DNA from: an uncultured Chitinophagales bacterium
GTDB lineage: Bacteria; Bacteroidota; Bacteroidia; Chitinophagales; JAHDHT01
Assembly: GCA_938023075.1 (NCBI GenBank)
Contig: CALHDG010000077.1
Coordinates: 1 to 28,623, forward strand
Length of the DNA stretch: 28,623 bases
Direction: 5' to 3'
Each line of letters opens with the position of its first letter. Position 1 is the first letter of the stretch. Below, piece after piece: positions 7,539-18,100 of this stretch. The notes under the pieces were generated by a model. That model searched no databases and was not told where the DNA came from. It was given only the letters and a program-made list of their open reading frames with translations. The position numbers and the translations under genes were made by a program.

Positions 7539-7910
7539 ATGTATACCGTAAAAATAAGAGAGCATATTATGATCGCTCATTCTTTTAAAGACCCTTTTTT
7601 TGGACCGGCACAAAAAATGCATGGTGCCACTTATGTAGTAGATGTTTCCTTTATAACGCCTCAGTTGAATAAGCACAATGTGGTTATTGATATTGGAAGA
7701 GCACACGATGTAACCAAAAAAATATTGCAACAAATCAACTATCAAAATTTAGATGAACATCCTGATATGCTGGGTGATTTGACAACTACCGAATATCTAT
7801 GCAAATATATTCATGATAAAATAGGGGAGGAGCTAAGGGACGAGTTTAATGGAAAACTATCGGTCACTTTAGGAGAATCGCATGTAGCTTGGGCTAGTTA
7901 TCAGGGTTAA
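7539..7910 (+). CDS. 6-pyruvoyl-tetrahydropterin synthase / QueD-fold protein with a non-canonical active-site signature
   Basis: 123 aa, alignable to E. coli QueD: 'IMIAHSFKDP...KMHGATYVVDVSF' versus 'FEAAHRL...RLHGHSFMVRLEI'; 'NYQNLDE' versus 'DHHYLND'; 'TTEYLCKYIH' versus 'TSEVLAKWIW'. The CxxxHGH Cys is absent and the third His is Ala. Confidence 0.65.
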   Translation: MYTVKIREHIMIAHSFKDPFFGPAQKMHGATYVVDVSFITPQLNKHNVVIDIGRAHDVTKKILQQINYQNLDEHPDMLGDLTTTEYLCKYIHDKIGEELRDEFNGKLSVTLGESHVAWASYQG

Positions 7911-7946
7911 AGGGTAACGGCATAAACATACTTGATGTCTTGTTAA

Positions 7947-8840
7947 TCAAAATCGCATTAAATCGGTTGAGAGAAAATTCCATTCTGGCGTAGTAATTTC
8001 ATTTGTATCTTTCAAAGCATACCAAGGAGAAAGTTCATCATTCAAGGGATTAACGAGTATATGAATATCTTGTGCAGGCATATAACTTTGTGCTAATATA
8101 TAGACTTTTTCTGCTTTATGGTTTTGAGCTATATCTAACACCATTACGGCGTGTCCGGGAAAACCACCTTGAATGAAGACATCTCCAATTTGCATATTTT
8201 TAAAATTGACGCTTTTCATTTCTTTACTTAAGGAAGCACTTCCTGCATAAGTAAAAACCATATTCAAATATTTTCTGAAATTTTGATAGCTATTATCTTG
8301 AGGTTGAGATTTATTCCATGTAACCTTACTGCCTTTTATTACAGGCCGCCAACCTTGCTTCCATTTTTGCCAAGCGCAAACATCTCCACTTGTAAAATTA
8401 AAAGCGATTTCATCAAACCGCTCCATTTCATACAGATACTCTGCCCTTATCCGCATCACCGCATCGGCACATTGCTGTAAATCTCTAATTCCGACATCAA
8501 CATCTAATATAGCATAATGTGCTTTTTGATTGCCTTTCAATTCTCCATTAAATAATCTAACAGGGCTATCTAAAGGTTTTAACAATAAATTTCTGCAAAA
8601 ACTACCCATCTCACCACCTATATCTTCTCTGAAAAAACCCTTGGGTAAAGGTATATTGCCAATTTTTTCAATTTTTTGTGGAGTTAATGTTGTAACTGCA
8701 TTAGATTTTTCTAAATTAGTAAAGATGGTATCTTTTTTGTAAGGTGCTTGTGGCGAAGTACAATAAACGCAAAATACAATAGATGTAACATAAATAATTA
8801 TATGCAAGAGTTTCATAAGGTTCAATTTTTTGATATTCAT
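7947..8840 (-). CDS. Hypothetical lipoprotein (possibly DUF4846-like)
   Basis: 297 aa with an N-terminal signal and lipobox-like 'FCVYCTSPQ'. No catalytic motif is recognisable. The family assignment is from memory only. Confidence 0.4.
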   Translation of the reverse strand: MNIKKLNLMKLLHIIIYVTSIVFCVYCTSPQAPYKKDTIFTNLEKSNAVTTLTPQKIEKIGNIPLPKGFFREDIGGEMGSFCRNLLLKPLDSPVRLFNGELKGNQKAHYAILDVDVGIRDLQQCADAVMRIRAEYLYEMERFDEIAFNFTSGDVCAWQKWKQGWRPVIKGSKVTWNKSQPQDNSYQNFRKYLNMVFTYAGSASLSKEMKSVNFKNMQIGDVFIQGGFPGHAVMVLDIAQNHKAEKVYILAQSYMPAQDIHILVNPLNDELSPWYALKDTNEITTPEWNFLSTDLMRF

Positions 8841-8919
8841 TCGTTACTTTGTGCTCAATTAGTGTTTAATTTTTTTTGTTATCTTAAATTCGTAATAAAT
8901 ACAAGTCATTTTAAATTTT

Positions 8920-10290
8920 ATGTATGCAATTGTCGATGTAGAAACCACTGGAGGTAGTCCTAAAAGAGAACGAATAATCGAAATAGCTATTATAAAATCG
9001 AATGGCGAAAAAATTATTGATTCTTATCAAACGCTGGTTAATCCAGAAAAAATGATTCCTCCTTTTGTTAGTAACCTAACCGGTATTAGTAACGAAATGG
9101 TGGAAGAAGCGCCACTTTTTGAAGAGATTGCCCCTCAAATAGAGGCTTTTACCAAAGGTTGCGTAATAGTAGCACACAACGCTCATTTTGATTATGGTTT
9201 TATCAAAAACGAATTTCGATATATCGGAGAATATTATCAAAGAGACCGGATTTGTACGGTAAAACTTACACAAAGGGCATTACCCGGTTTAGAAGGATAT
9301 AGTTTGGGAAAGCTCGCTACACATTTTAACATTGACCACGAAGATAAACACCGGGCTTATGCTGATGCTGAAGCAACTACCCGGCTTTTACATATTTTAT
9401 TGCGCGATGCCAATCCTCAAATTTTAGCGCAATTTATGCATCGCAGTTATATTCATAACCCACCAGAAATTAAAATACCGGAAAAACAAATCGTAAATGT
9501 GCCGGAAGATACGGGCATTTTGCAATTTTATAATGCAGCGGGCAAAATTTTGTATATCATGAAATCTCATGATTTATACACCAGAATAACAGATATGTTA
9601 TTTTATTTTAATCCGGATACGCACAAGGGTAATATGCTAAAAAAAGCAACCGATATATCATTTTCGGTTACGGGAAGTGAAATTTTAGCCCAAATTTTAG
9701 AAATTGAGCATATTTACAAACATCGCCCTGCCTACAATAAAAAAACCTATGGACTTAATTTAGTTGAGATGCAGGCTGAAAAAGATAAATATGGTTATTA
9801 TAATATTCATCTGCATCGTTCAAATAAAATTGCTAAAAATGGCACCTATTTCTCTAATTTTTACGAAGCGAATTCGCAAATAGGTAGTTTAGTAAAGTTA
9901 CATAAACTTTGCCCTATTTTATGTACGCGCCAAACTAACTTAAATGGCAATTGCGAATATTTTGAGAAAAAATTATGTCAGGGAGCTTGTGTAAAGCAAG
10001 AAGAAAAAACAACTTACAATAAAAGAGTAGAAAGAGCCTTGAAAAAATTGAAGTATAAACATCCTAATTTTATTTTAATTGATGAAGGACCCAACATGGC
10101 TACCTTAACGGCATTTATCATTAAAAATAATGCTTGCAAAGGTTATACTATTATTGACAAAGAAAGTAAGATAGAAAATCCAGAAGCTCTATTAGAAGAA
10201 ATAACGCCAACTATGGCACATCCGGTTATTGATCAAAAAATACGGATGTTCATCCAAAAGAAAAAATATGAAAAAATAGTACCTTTTTAA
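8920..10290 (+). CDS. DnaQ-like 3'-5' exonuclease fused to a GIY-YIG (Cho/UvrC-N-like) nuclease domain
   Basis: The N-terminus has Exo I 'YAIVDVETTGG', Exo II 'VIVAHNAHFDYGFI' and Exo III 'HRAYADAEAT'. The middle region has a GIY-YIG-like 'GILQFYNAAGKILYIMKSHDLYTRI' and a following 'LEIEHIYKHRPAYN'. The architecture resembles M. tuberculosis Rv2191-type Cho fusions. Confidence 0.7.
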   Translation: MYAIVDVETTGGSPKRERIIEIAIIKSNGEKIIDSYQTLVNPEKMIPPFVSNLTGISNEMVEEAPLFEEIAPQIEAFTKGCVIVAHNAHFDYGFIKNEFRYIGEYYQRDRICTVKLTQRALPGLEGYSLGKLATHFNIDHEDKHRAYADAEATTRLLHILLRDANPQILAQFMHRSYIHNPPEIKIPEKQIVNVPEDTGILQFYNAAGKILYIMKSHDLYTRITDMLFYFNPDTHKGNMLKKATDISFSVTGSEILAQILEIEHIYKHRPAYNKKTYGLNLVEMQAEKDKYGYYNIHLHRSNKIAKNGTYFSNFYEANSQIGSLVKLHKLCPILCTRQTNLNGNCEYFEKKLCQGACVKQEEKTTYNKRVERALKKLKYKHPNFILIDEGPNMATLTAFIIKNNACKGYTIIDKESKIENPEALLEEITPTMAHPVIDQKIRMFIQKKKYEKIVPF

Positions 10291-10464
10291 GTGTTCATTT
10301 CAAAAATCTATTAATAAGGATACCAATACTTAAACAAACACCGGTCTGTCATCTTCAAGTTAAGCTAATAAAGTTCTGCTGATGAATACAAATAATGAAA
10401 TAATTAAAATGTGTTTCATGAAATGTTTTATTATGAGATATTCATTTAGATGTATTGAACAGTT

Positions 10465-11706
10465 TTATTCCTGCTCAAAAACCCGAATATAATCGACCAC
10501 CATAAATTGAGGAAAAACCGTTGTTGCATCGGGAGACCCGGGCCATTGCCCACCAACAGCCACATTAAAAATAAAGAAAAACGGATCATTAAACGGATAA
10601 GGATTTTGTGTCCCTAAACTAACTTTAGTTACGGTATGATACTTTACATCATCTAATAAAAATTCAATTTGATCTTCTTCCCAAATAATTGAAAATACGT
10701 GAAAAGCTTCTGAAAATTTTTGGTCGCCGGATAATATAGTGGAAGAGCCATTCATTAGTTGTTGAGTATCTGGATTAGCATAATGTACGGTTGCATGTAC
10801 TTCCGACGGTTTGTGACCGACCAATTCCATAATGTCAATTTCACCGCAACGGGGCCATTCAAAAGCAGGATCGTCAATATTGGCACCCAACATCCATAAA
10901 GCGGGCCAAATACCTTGCCCTTCGGGTAAAGCTGCACGAATGTCAACCCTGCCAAATTTAAATTCAAATTTGTTTTTTGTAATCAGTCTCGAGCTGGTAT
11001 AATTAAAACCATTAGACCTTTCTTCCTTAGCTTCAATAACGAGGTTACCATCTATTAAAGAGGTATTTTCTCTTTTGTAAAATTCTAATTCGTTGTTACC
11101 CCAACCCCATTCGCCATTGCCAATTTCATAAGTCCAAAAACTTTCATCCAACTGTTCTCCATCAAACTCATCACTCCATAACATTTTCCAACCCTCATAT
11201 TCCGTTGGCGTGCTGTAACCCGTATCAGGAATATTTAACATGCCAACTATAGCTGCATCGTCGTTTTGTATTACAATGGTTGCCGAAGCCACCTCAATAT
11301 TAGCACCCGTAACATTAACAATTTCGATCGTTAAATCTTCGTCCGCTTCGGTTTCGGTATCCCCAATTATAGTAAGCTCCACATTTTCTTGTGTCGAGCC
11401 AATACCAAATTCAACAAGCTTTGAAACAGTCACATAATCCAATCCGGCTGCTGCCGTTCCATCCTCCGATTCCACAAAAATGCTAACCAGTTCGGTTGAG
11501 GCTTTAGATAAACGGACACTTACAAAAACACTTTGCTCGTCATCGCCTTCCAATACCGATAAAGCAACTATAGACACCCTTGGTTTGGTGTCTGTTGGAG
11601 GTGCAGGCGGCTCCTCCGTTCCACAAGAACACGTTAAGCACAACACACTAAATAAGGCAAGTAAAATTTTCACCAATTTTATATTTATATTATTAAAGAA
11701 GAGCAT
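10465..11706 (-). CDS. GH16 family endo-beta-1,3-glucanase (laminarinase) with an N-terminal Calx-beta domain; lipoprotein
   Basis: GH16 catalytic motif 'GEIDIMEL' (ExDxxE). Calx-beta-like 'GLDYVTVSKLVEFGIGSTQENVELTIIGDTETEADE'. Signal/Cys-rich N-terminus 'LCLTCSCG'. The track ORF begins at a TTG at 11712, and the first ATG is at 11706. Confidence 0.8.
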   Translation of the reverse strand: MLFFNNINIKLVKILLALFSVLCLTCSCGTEEPPAPPTDTKPRVSIVALSVLEGDDEQSVFVSVRLSKASTELVSIFVESEDGTAAAGLDYVTVSKLVEFGIGSTQENVELTIIGDTETEADEDLTIEIVNVTGANIEVASATIVIQNDDAAIVGMLNIPDTGYSTPTEYEGWKMLWSDEFDGEQLDESFWTYEIGNGEWGWGNNELEFYKRENTSLIDGNLVIEAKEERSNGFNYTSSRLITKNKFEFKFGRVDIRAALPEGQGIWPALWMLGANIDDPAFEWPRCGEIDIMELVGHKPSEVHATVHYANPDTQQLMNGSSTILSGDQKFSEAFHVFSIIWEEDQIEFLLDDVKYHTVTKVSLGTQNPYPFNDPFFFIFNVAVGGQWPGSPDATTVFPQFMVVDYIRVFEQE

Positions 11707-11809
11707 CCGCAAAAACGAATGCTCTATATTATTTGTTAATTTAAGACTTTAACCTGATACCCGATAACTTTATTTTAAACCTATCCATAAAATTTTATGA
11801 TTTATTCTG

Positions 11810-11925
11810 GAAGCGAAACTACAAGCTCATTTAGAAACGGGCTCCCCGCTATCCGTTCAAATGCTACGCCAACGCTTCAAAAGCCAACGCTTCAGGTAGC
11901 ATAACCACTGCTATCGGGGCTAAAC
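11810..11925 (+). repeat. Family-2 structured intergenic element, copy A (~115 bp)
   Basis: Aligns to the reverse complement of 22494-22609 ('gaagcgaaac...ccccgct.tccg.tcaaatgcta...gccaacgcttcaaagcc...agcataacc.ctgc.atcggggcta'). It contains a hairpin atgctaC...Gtagcat, whose counterpart in copy B is atgctaT..Atagcat, a compensatory change. It lies between the PKD gene stop and the GH16 gene start. Confidence 0.6.
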
Positions 11926-11984
11926 TTCCAACTTCATCACTATTTAAATACGTTCTTAATATATAATCATCAAGTTAATATAAT

Positions 11985-13505
11985 CTACTTTATACTAAAA
12001 TTTCTAACATAAAAGTTACCCGCTTTAGTATGGTCATTACCACCAATTCGAATAAAAATCATATCAAAATCAGTTCTCTCTTTAGGCGTACTTCCATTGC
12101 CAGTATTCGATACAAAAGTAGGACTATCTAAATCGAAACTTATCGGTATCCACTCATCTTCTGCAAAACCGGAGTCATCTGCTTCATACTGTTGAATGTC
12201 TTCCCACCATCTTTCTGTAGCACTAAGGTCGCCAAAACCAATAATTACATTTTTAGTTAAAGCACCAGAATAATCGTTGGCACTAGGAAAGTAAACTTCA
12301 ATATCAATAGTAGATAAGTTAGCAAAATTAATATCACTTTCAGGAGAAGTTTGCAATTGAAATTCCTGAAACTGTGCTTCAGTTCTTATAAACTCTCCAA
12401 CTAAATCCATACTACCTGCCGGATCGGGAACTTCATAGGTTACAAAAGAACCTGAAGAGGGAGGCACTCGAAAGTTTGCCGTATCTGCATTTAAAAACGA
12501 AAGCGACAGTTCAGTTGGCGTTACATCCGGTAAATCTTCTCCAAATTCCATAGGTTCCGGCGCATCGGTTACTACATCCGGCTTTAAACTAAGGTCGGTG
12601 TAATGGGCGTATCTAATGGGCCAATAGTTACCATCATATATAAACTCAACCAACATTACATCGTAGCCGGTAAATTCTTCAATAGTAACTTTAGCAGAAA
12701 CTGAACTAACGGGAACTATGGTTTCGCCATTTGTTCCTAATTTTGGATTACCAATCCAGGCACCTTCACCATTAAGTGTAAGTGTGCTGGTAGCGGCATC
12801 ATACTCAAAAGTATGCTTACCCGATCTCCAGGCAGAAACATCATTTCCACAAGAATTGACCAAATTAGCATCTGTTGATTCTATGCAAGCTTCAGGAGTA
12901 ATTTTGTCAGTGCAGCTATTGTTATTAAATACGCCAAATTCTGTCCAAAACTCCCCTTTATCATCAAACTCGTAAGTACCATCTGAGTGAAAAATAAACT
13001 CATGAAAATAAAGGCATGGTCTTGACCCATCGTTGGCTAAGCCTGCCCAATGTCCAGCAGGATCATATGCATTTGGCCCAACCGACATGCTTATACCTTC
13101 CCGGAAAAGATCCCATGTTTTAGAAGTCTCACCTGTTAAAGTTTTAATAGCCGAATTCGGATCGGAGAGCGAAAAGCTTTCACTTCTGGTGGCAGACATT
13201 CCGTCAGCGTTTCGTGCCGTTAAGGTAACAGTGTAGTCTCCTGCTTCGCTGTAAGTATGGCTTGGGCTTTGTTCAGTAGAGCTGTTGCCATCGCCGAAAT
13301 CCCAAGAGTAAGAAGTTGCGTTTAGTGAGAAATTAGAAAATTGAACGGTCAGGAAATCAGTCTCATCAATTTCGAATTGAAAGCTGGCAACCGGAGTTGG
13401 TGAAACAGGATCTGGATCATCTTTACAACCGGTAGAATACATCAACACAAAAACCGGTATAAGTATTTTAAACCAGTTTTTGGGCATTAAAAATAAACTT
13501 TTCAT
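11985..13505 (-). CDS. PKD-domain surface glycan-binding lipoprotein (SusE/F-position protein of the PUL)
   Basis: Lipoprotein signal 'LMYSTGCKDD'. PKD motif 'WDFGDGNSSTEQSPSHTYSEAGDYTVTLTARNADG'. It is located immediately downstream of susD. Confidence 0.7.
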   Translation of the reverse strand: MKSLFLMPKNWFKILIPVFVLMYSTGCKDDPDPVSPTPVASFQFEIDETDFLTVQFSNFSLNATSYSWDFGDGNSSTEQSPSHTYSEAGDYTVTLTARNADGMSATRSESFSLSDPNSAIKTLTGETSKTWDLFREGISMSVGPNAYDPAGHWAGLANDGSRPCLYFHEFIFHSDGTYEFDDKGEFWTEFGVFNNNSCTDKITPEACIESTDANLVNSCGNDVSAWRSGKHTFEYDAATSTLTLNGEGAWIGNPKLGTNGETIVPVSSVSAKVTIEEFTGYDVMLVEFIYDGNYWPIRYAHYTDLSLKPDVVTDAPEPMEFGEDLPDVTPTELSLSFLNADTANFRVPPSSGSFVTYEVPDPAGSMDLVGEFIRTEAQFQEFQLQTSPESDINFANLSTIDIEVYFPSANDYSGALTKNVIIGFGDLSATERWWEDIQQYEADDSGFAEDEWIPISFDLDSPTFVSNTGNGSTPKERTDFDMIFIRIGGNDHTKAGNFYVRNFSIK

Positions 13506-13523
13506 ACTATTAAATTTTATGTT

Positions 13524-15146
13524 TTATTGAAATAAACTTGCGTCAGGATATTCGGTTAAGTTTTGTGCTACAGTGGTTTCTTGCAAGGCAATAGGTAACC
13601 ACAAATGCTGGTTTTCATCAAAGTTGGTTTCTCTAATATCATCTCCGGCAAATAAAGCATTCGTGGCTCTGCCCGATCTAACCAAATCAAACCAACGATC
13701 GCCTTCTAAGGCTAATTCGGCTCTTCTTTCGTACCAAATCATTTCTATTATCGACCAAGCTTCGTCACTCATCACTTGTTGCGCCGTTCTGAAATTGTCG
13801 TTGTTATCGCCCGGTCCGGCAGCGCGTTCTCTTACTTCATCAATATAAGTCATCGCTTCTCCTTCAGAACCGGAACCTCTCACCAAAGCTTCTGCCAACA
13901 TCAACAAAACATCTGCATATCTTATCGAATAAATATTATCATCTTTGGTTAAATTAGGATCGCCACCGTTTACATTATTGCCTTGGTAAGCCAAAAAGTT
14001 TGGAAATTTTTCTTGCCAATAACCCGTATAATCTATCGGGTTGCTTTGGGTTTGATCGACTACTACATCACAAAATCCTTCGGCATCTTCTATATCTTGC
14101 GTCAATTCATCAACTGAAATAATTGATGCATCGCGCCGGTAAGTATCATCAGATAAATAAGAATCATATAAGGATTGCGTAGGCAACATAAAGCCCCAAC
14201 CTTCTTGATACTCCGGATGCGCCGCACACAAACCTCTTATGCCACACAATTGAGTGATGCCATTGCCTTCAATACCCTCAAACCAACCCCAATCGCTGGG
14301 CCACAAATTCGATTTTTGAATTTCAAAAACCGATTCGACCGGATTTTTTAAGCCAAAGGCAAACAAGGCTTGGTAGTCGTCAACTAAACTATATGCACCG
14401 GATTCTACCACACTTTTTAATTGTTCCGCTGCCTGATCGAATTTCGCCACGTCATCGTTCATTAAATCTGCCCAATATAAATATACTTTGCCTAACAAGG
14501 CTTGTGCCGCTCCTTTGTTGGCTCTGCCTGCTTCAGAAGATGAAATGGAAGTAGGTAAAATATTGATGGCTTCGAGTAAATCGGTTTCAATCGCTGTAAA
14601 AACTTCGGTTAAAGTGTTTCTGGCGAGACCCGTATCTTCTGGAGATAACAAATCCTTCACCACCGGAATAGGACCAAAATGTTTAAACAATTCAAAGTGA
14701 TAATAGGCACGTAAAAATTTGGCTTCTGCCTGGTACCTGTCCACAATAGGCGAAGTAATTTCTGGTTGATGAATCACTAAATTCGCTCTAAAAATGCCAA
14801 TGTAAAACCGGCGATACATCGGATGCGTTACGGTGTTGGTATTGGTGTTTCTAAAATCATCAAATTCTTGCCAGCCGGGTTGGTCGTTATCAGATGGGTC
14901 TCCACCGGCGTGGGCATTATCGCTTCTGATTTCGTTGTACATCACTTCTGAAACCCAATTGCCAAATGCCATCGTCCAACCCAACGGATCATAAGCAGCT
15001 ACTAATGCAGCAAACACCTGGTCTTCGGTTTGATAAAAATTTTCTGATAAAAATTCGTTTACCGGTTCTACATCCAAATCCTCACTGGAGCATCCTGCCA
15101 ACAAAACAATAATTGTAATAAATGAAAATATTTTTTTAAGGTACAT
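13524..15146 (-). CDS. susD: SusD/RagB-family nutrient-binding outer-membrane lipoprotein
   Basis: 540 aa with lipoprotein signal 'LLAGCSSEDL'. It sits 12 nt downstream of the SusC gene on the same strand. TPR-like helical composition typical of SusD. Confidence 0.85.
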   Translation of the reverse strand: MYLKKIFSFITIIVLLAGCSSEDLDVEPVNEFLSENFYQTEDQVFAALVAAYDPLGWTMAFGNWVSEVMYNEIRSDNAHAGGDPSDNDQPGWQEFDDFRNTNTNTVTHPMYRRFYIGIFRANLVIHQPEITSPIVDRYQAEAKFLRAYYHFELFKHFGPIPVVKDLLSPEDTGLARNTLTEVFTAIETDLLEAINILPTSISSSEAGRANKGAAQALLGKVYLYWADLMNDDVAKFDQAAEQLKSVVESGAYSLVDDYQALFAFGLKNPVESVFEIQKSNLWPSDWGWFEGIEGNGITQLCGIRGLCAAHPEYQEGWGFMLPTQSLYDSYLSDDTYRRDASIISVDELTQDIEDAEGFCDVVVDQTQSNPIDYTGYWQEKFPNFLAYQGNNVNGGDPNLTKDDNIYSIRYADVLLMLAEALVRGSGSEGEAMTYIDEVRERAAGPGDNNDNFRTAQQVMSDEAWSIIEMIWYERRAELALEGDRWFDLVRSGRATNALFAGDDIRETNFDENQHLWLPIALQETTVAQNLTEYPDASLFQ

Positions 15147-15158
15147 CGTTCTTTCTTT

Positions 15159-18100
15159 TTATAAAGTTATTTTAATTCCTCCGCCAATGGTTTTATTAGA
15201 TGGGTAAAAACCCTTATCAATACCGGTATCTAAAATCCAACCGGTGGTGCCAATCTCGGGGTCGAAACCACGATAGTTAGTTACAGTTAGCAAATTATTG
15301 GCTGAGGCATATACTCTAATGCCTTTCAGTTTTATTTTGCTGGCAATTTTTTGAGGTAAATTATAGCCCAACTGTATATTTCTCAATCTTAAAAATGAAC
15401 CATCTTCTACATAAAAGTCAGATGGACGTTGGTTGTTGTTGGGGTCGTTAGAAACCAACCTTGGCAAGGAGGCATTAGGGTTTTCGGGTGTCCATCTATC
15501 TAACCAAAAATCTTGATAATTGGTGTACGATATATCCGATCGCTCGTAGGTTCTAAAAATATCGTGCCCTAACTGTGTGCCCAAAACCGCATTAAAATCA
15601 AAGCCTTTAAAGGTAGCACCGAAAGTTAAACCGATTACGTGGTTTGGCCAAGGGCTGCCAATGTGACCAATGTCGTCGGTATTAATCAAGCCATCTTTAT
15701 TCGTATCTACAAAACGAATGTCGCCCGGGCTGGCATCGGGTTGTAAAACATCACCGGTATTGCTAATGTGCGAAAACACTTCATCTTGCGAACTAAAAAT
15801 GCCATCGGTTTGATAACCCACAAAATGCCCAACCGGAAAGCCTTCCGTCATTCTGGTGATGGGTTGGTTTCTTACGGGCCAACTCCATCCATCTAAAAAG
15901 CCGGTTTCTCCTGCAACATCAATCACTTCATTTTTAAAAGTGGTGTAGTTTAAGCCGGTATTGAATTTAATGCCTGCCACATCAAACTTATAATTAATGC
16001 TGGCTTCAAAACCCGTATTTTGAATTTCGCCAAGGTTGCTGATAGGATTGTTTGTAGCCCCAATAAAACCGGGAATGAATTGTTCCATCAACAAGTCTCT
16101 GGTATTCTTAATATAAAAATCAAATTCAGTAGTTAATTTATCTTGCCAAAAACGCAGTTCTAAACCAACATCTAATTGCCGGCTTTCTTCCCATTTTATG
16201 TTGGGGTTGGGTGGTGTTGCCAACGAAGAACCGGTGTTTAGTGCCGGATCAATTCCAAAAGGATAACTAAAGGCATTTTCTATTCGTGGTGCATAAGTTA
16301 AGGGTGCGATTCTATCATTGCCATTTACGCCCCAACTGGCTCTAATTTTTGCAAAATTAACTGGACCCACATCAAAAAATAGTTCATCAGATAATACCCA
16401 TCCTAGCGAAAAAGAAGGAAAGATACCAAAGCGGTTTTGAGCACCAAAGTTAGAAGAACCATCTCTACGTAAAGTTGCCGAAAAAAGATATTTCCCGGCA
16501 TAATCATACAACAACCTTCCATAATAACTTACTAATTTGTATTCTACATCAATGCCACCATAGCTTAAGTCAATGGTATCTTGCCCGGCATCTAATATTT
16601 GAAAATTTTCGTTGAATTGAACTTCGCTTGGGATAAATTGCGAACTTCCTCCCGCACGTTCGCCAATAGAATTTCGGTAAGAGGTACCTACTACCACATC
16701 AACATTGTGAATGTCGGCAAATGTATTGTTATAATTTAAATAATTTTCTACCTGGTATGATTGGGAAAATCCAAAGCCTTGAGAAATATCGTTAGAGACA
16801 TTAATAGCAGCAGGATGGAAGTTATAATCCGGTGTAAACGATCGGAATTTAAACCAGGAATAATCCATACCAAAATCGGAGTGAAAACGGATATGTTCGG
16901 TCGGATGAATTTCGAGAAATACATTACCCAAAATTTGATCGGCATGGCCTCTGTTATTGTTAATAAATAATCTACTCAAGGGATTGATATATTCTTTCTG
17001 CACCCATCTTGATTGTGCATAGCCAAATTCTCCCAATTCATCAAATAGCGGAGTTACCGGATCGTAAGCAAAGGCATCGGATATAACCGTTCCAAAGGCG
17101 TTATTTGAACCAATATTTTGGTTATCCACCCGGTTGGCATAAATATTTTCACCAATCGTTACAAAATCATTAATCTCTTTTTTGCTATTGATCCGAACGG
17201 CATATCTTTTGTAATTGGATTTTGTGCCGCCAACCACGCCATTTTGATCCCAATATTCGAGCGAAAGAAACACGTTATTTGCCGATGCCGATAAGCGGTG
17301 CGATTGTAAGCCGGCATCCGTAAAAATAGCATCCATCCAATTGGTGTTTATACTATTTTCGCCAACGGAGGGAAAGCCTAAGCTGTTTAAAAAATTTAAT
17401 TGATTACCGTTTGTAAATTTTTCGCGGGTTAAGGTAAGATAGTCATCAGCACCTAACATAGTTGGTAAACGCCAAGGCTGTGAGGTTGAAGTGAATGCCT
17501 CGTAAATCAACTCGCCACCATCTTGTGTTCCTTTTTTGGTGGTGATGATGACCACGCCATTGGCAGCACGTGCTCCATAAATAGCGCAAGAGGCGGCATC
17601 TTTCAACACATCTACACTTTCAATATCATTTGGGTTGATGTTATCTATACCCGATACTTGCAGCCCATCTACAATAAATAAAGGCGTATTATCTCCATTA
17701 GTGCTCACCCCTCTAATTAAAATAGATTTACCCGAACCCGGTTGACCAGAAGACTCACTCACAATTAAGCCAGAGACTTGACCCTCTAAGGCAGATTGCA
17801 CATTTTGAACCTGATAGCCTTCTAAATTTTCGGTATCTAATTTCGCAACAGAGCCCGTAGCTACCCGTTTTTTCTGAACGCCATAGCCAATCACTACTAC
17901 TTCATTTAACAGTTCGCTTGAGATATCCATCACCACATCAATGGTTGTTCGATTGCCAACCACAATTTCCTGTGTTTCATAACTCGTATAGGAAAAACGC
18001 AAAGTATCTGCCGGTGAATTTACCTTAAGGTTATACTTGCCATCAATATCGGTAATAGTGCCGGTAGAAGTGCCTTTCAACAAAATGGTCACCCCAATTA

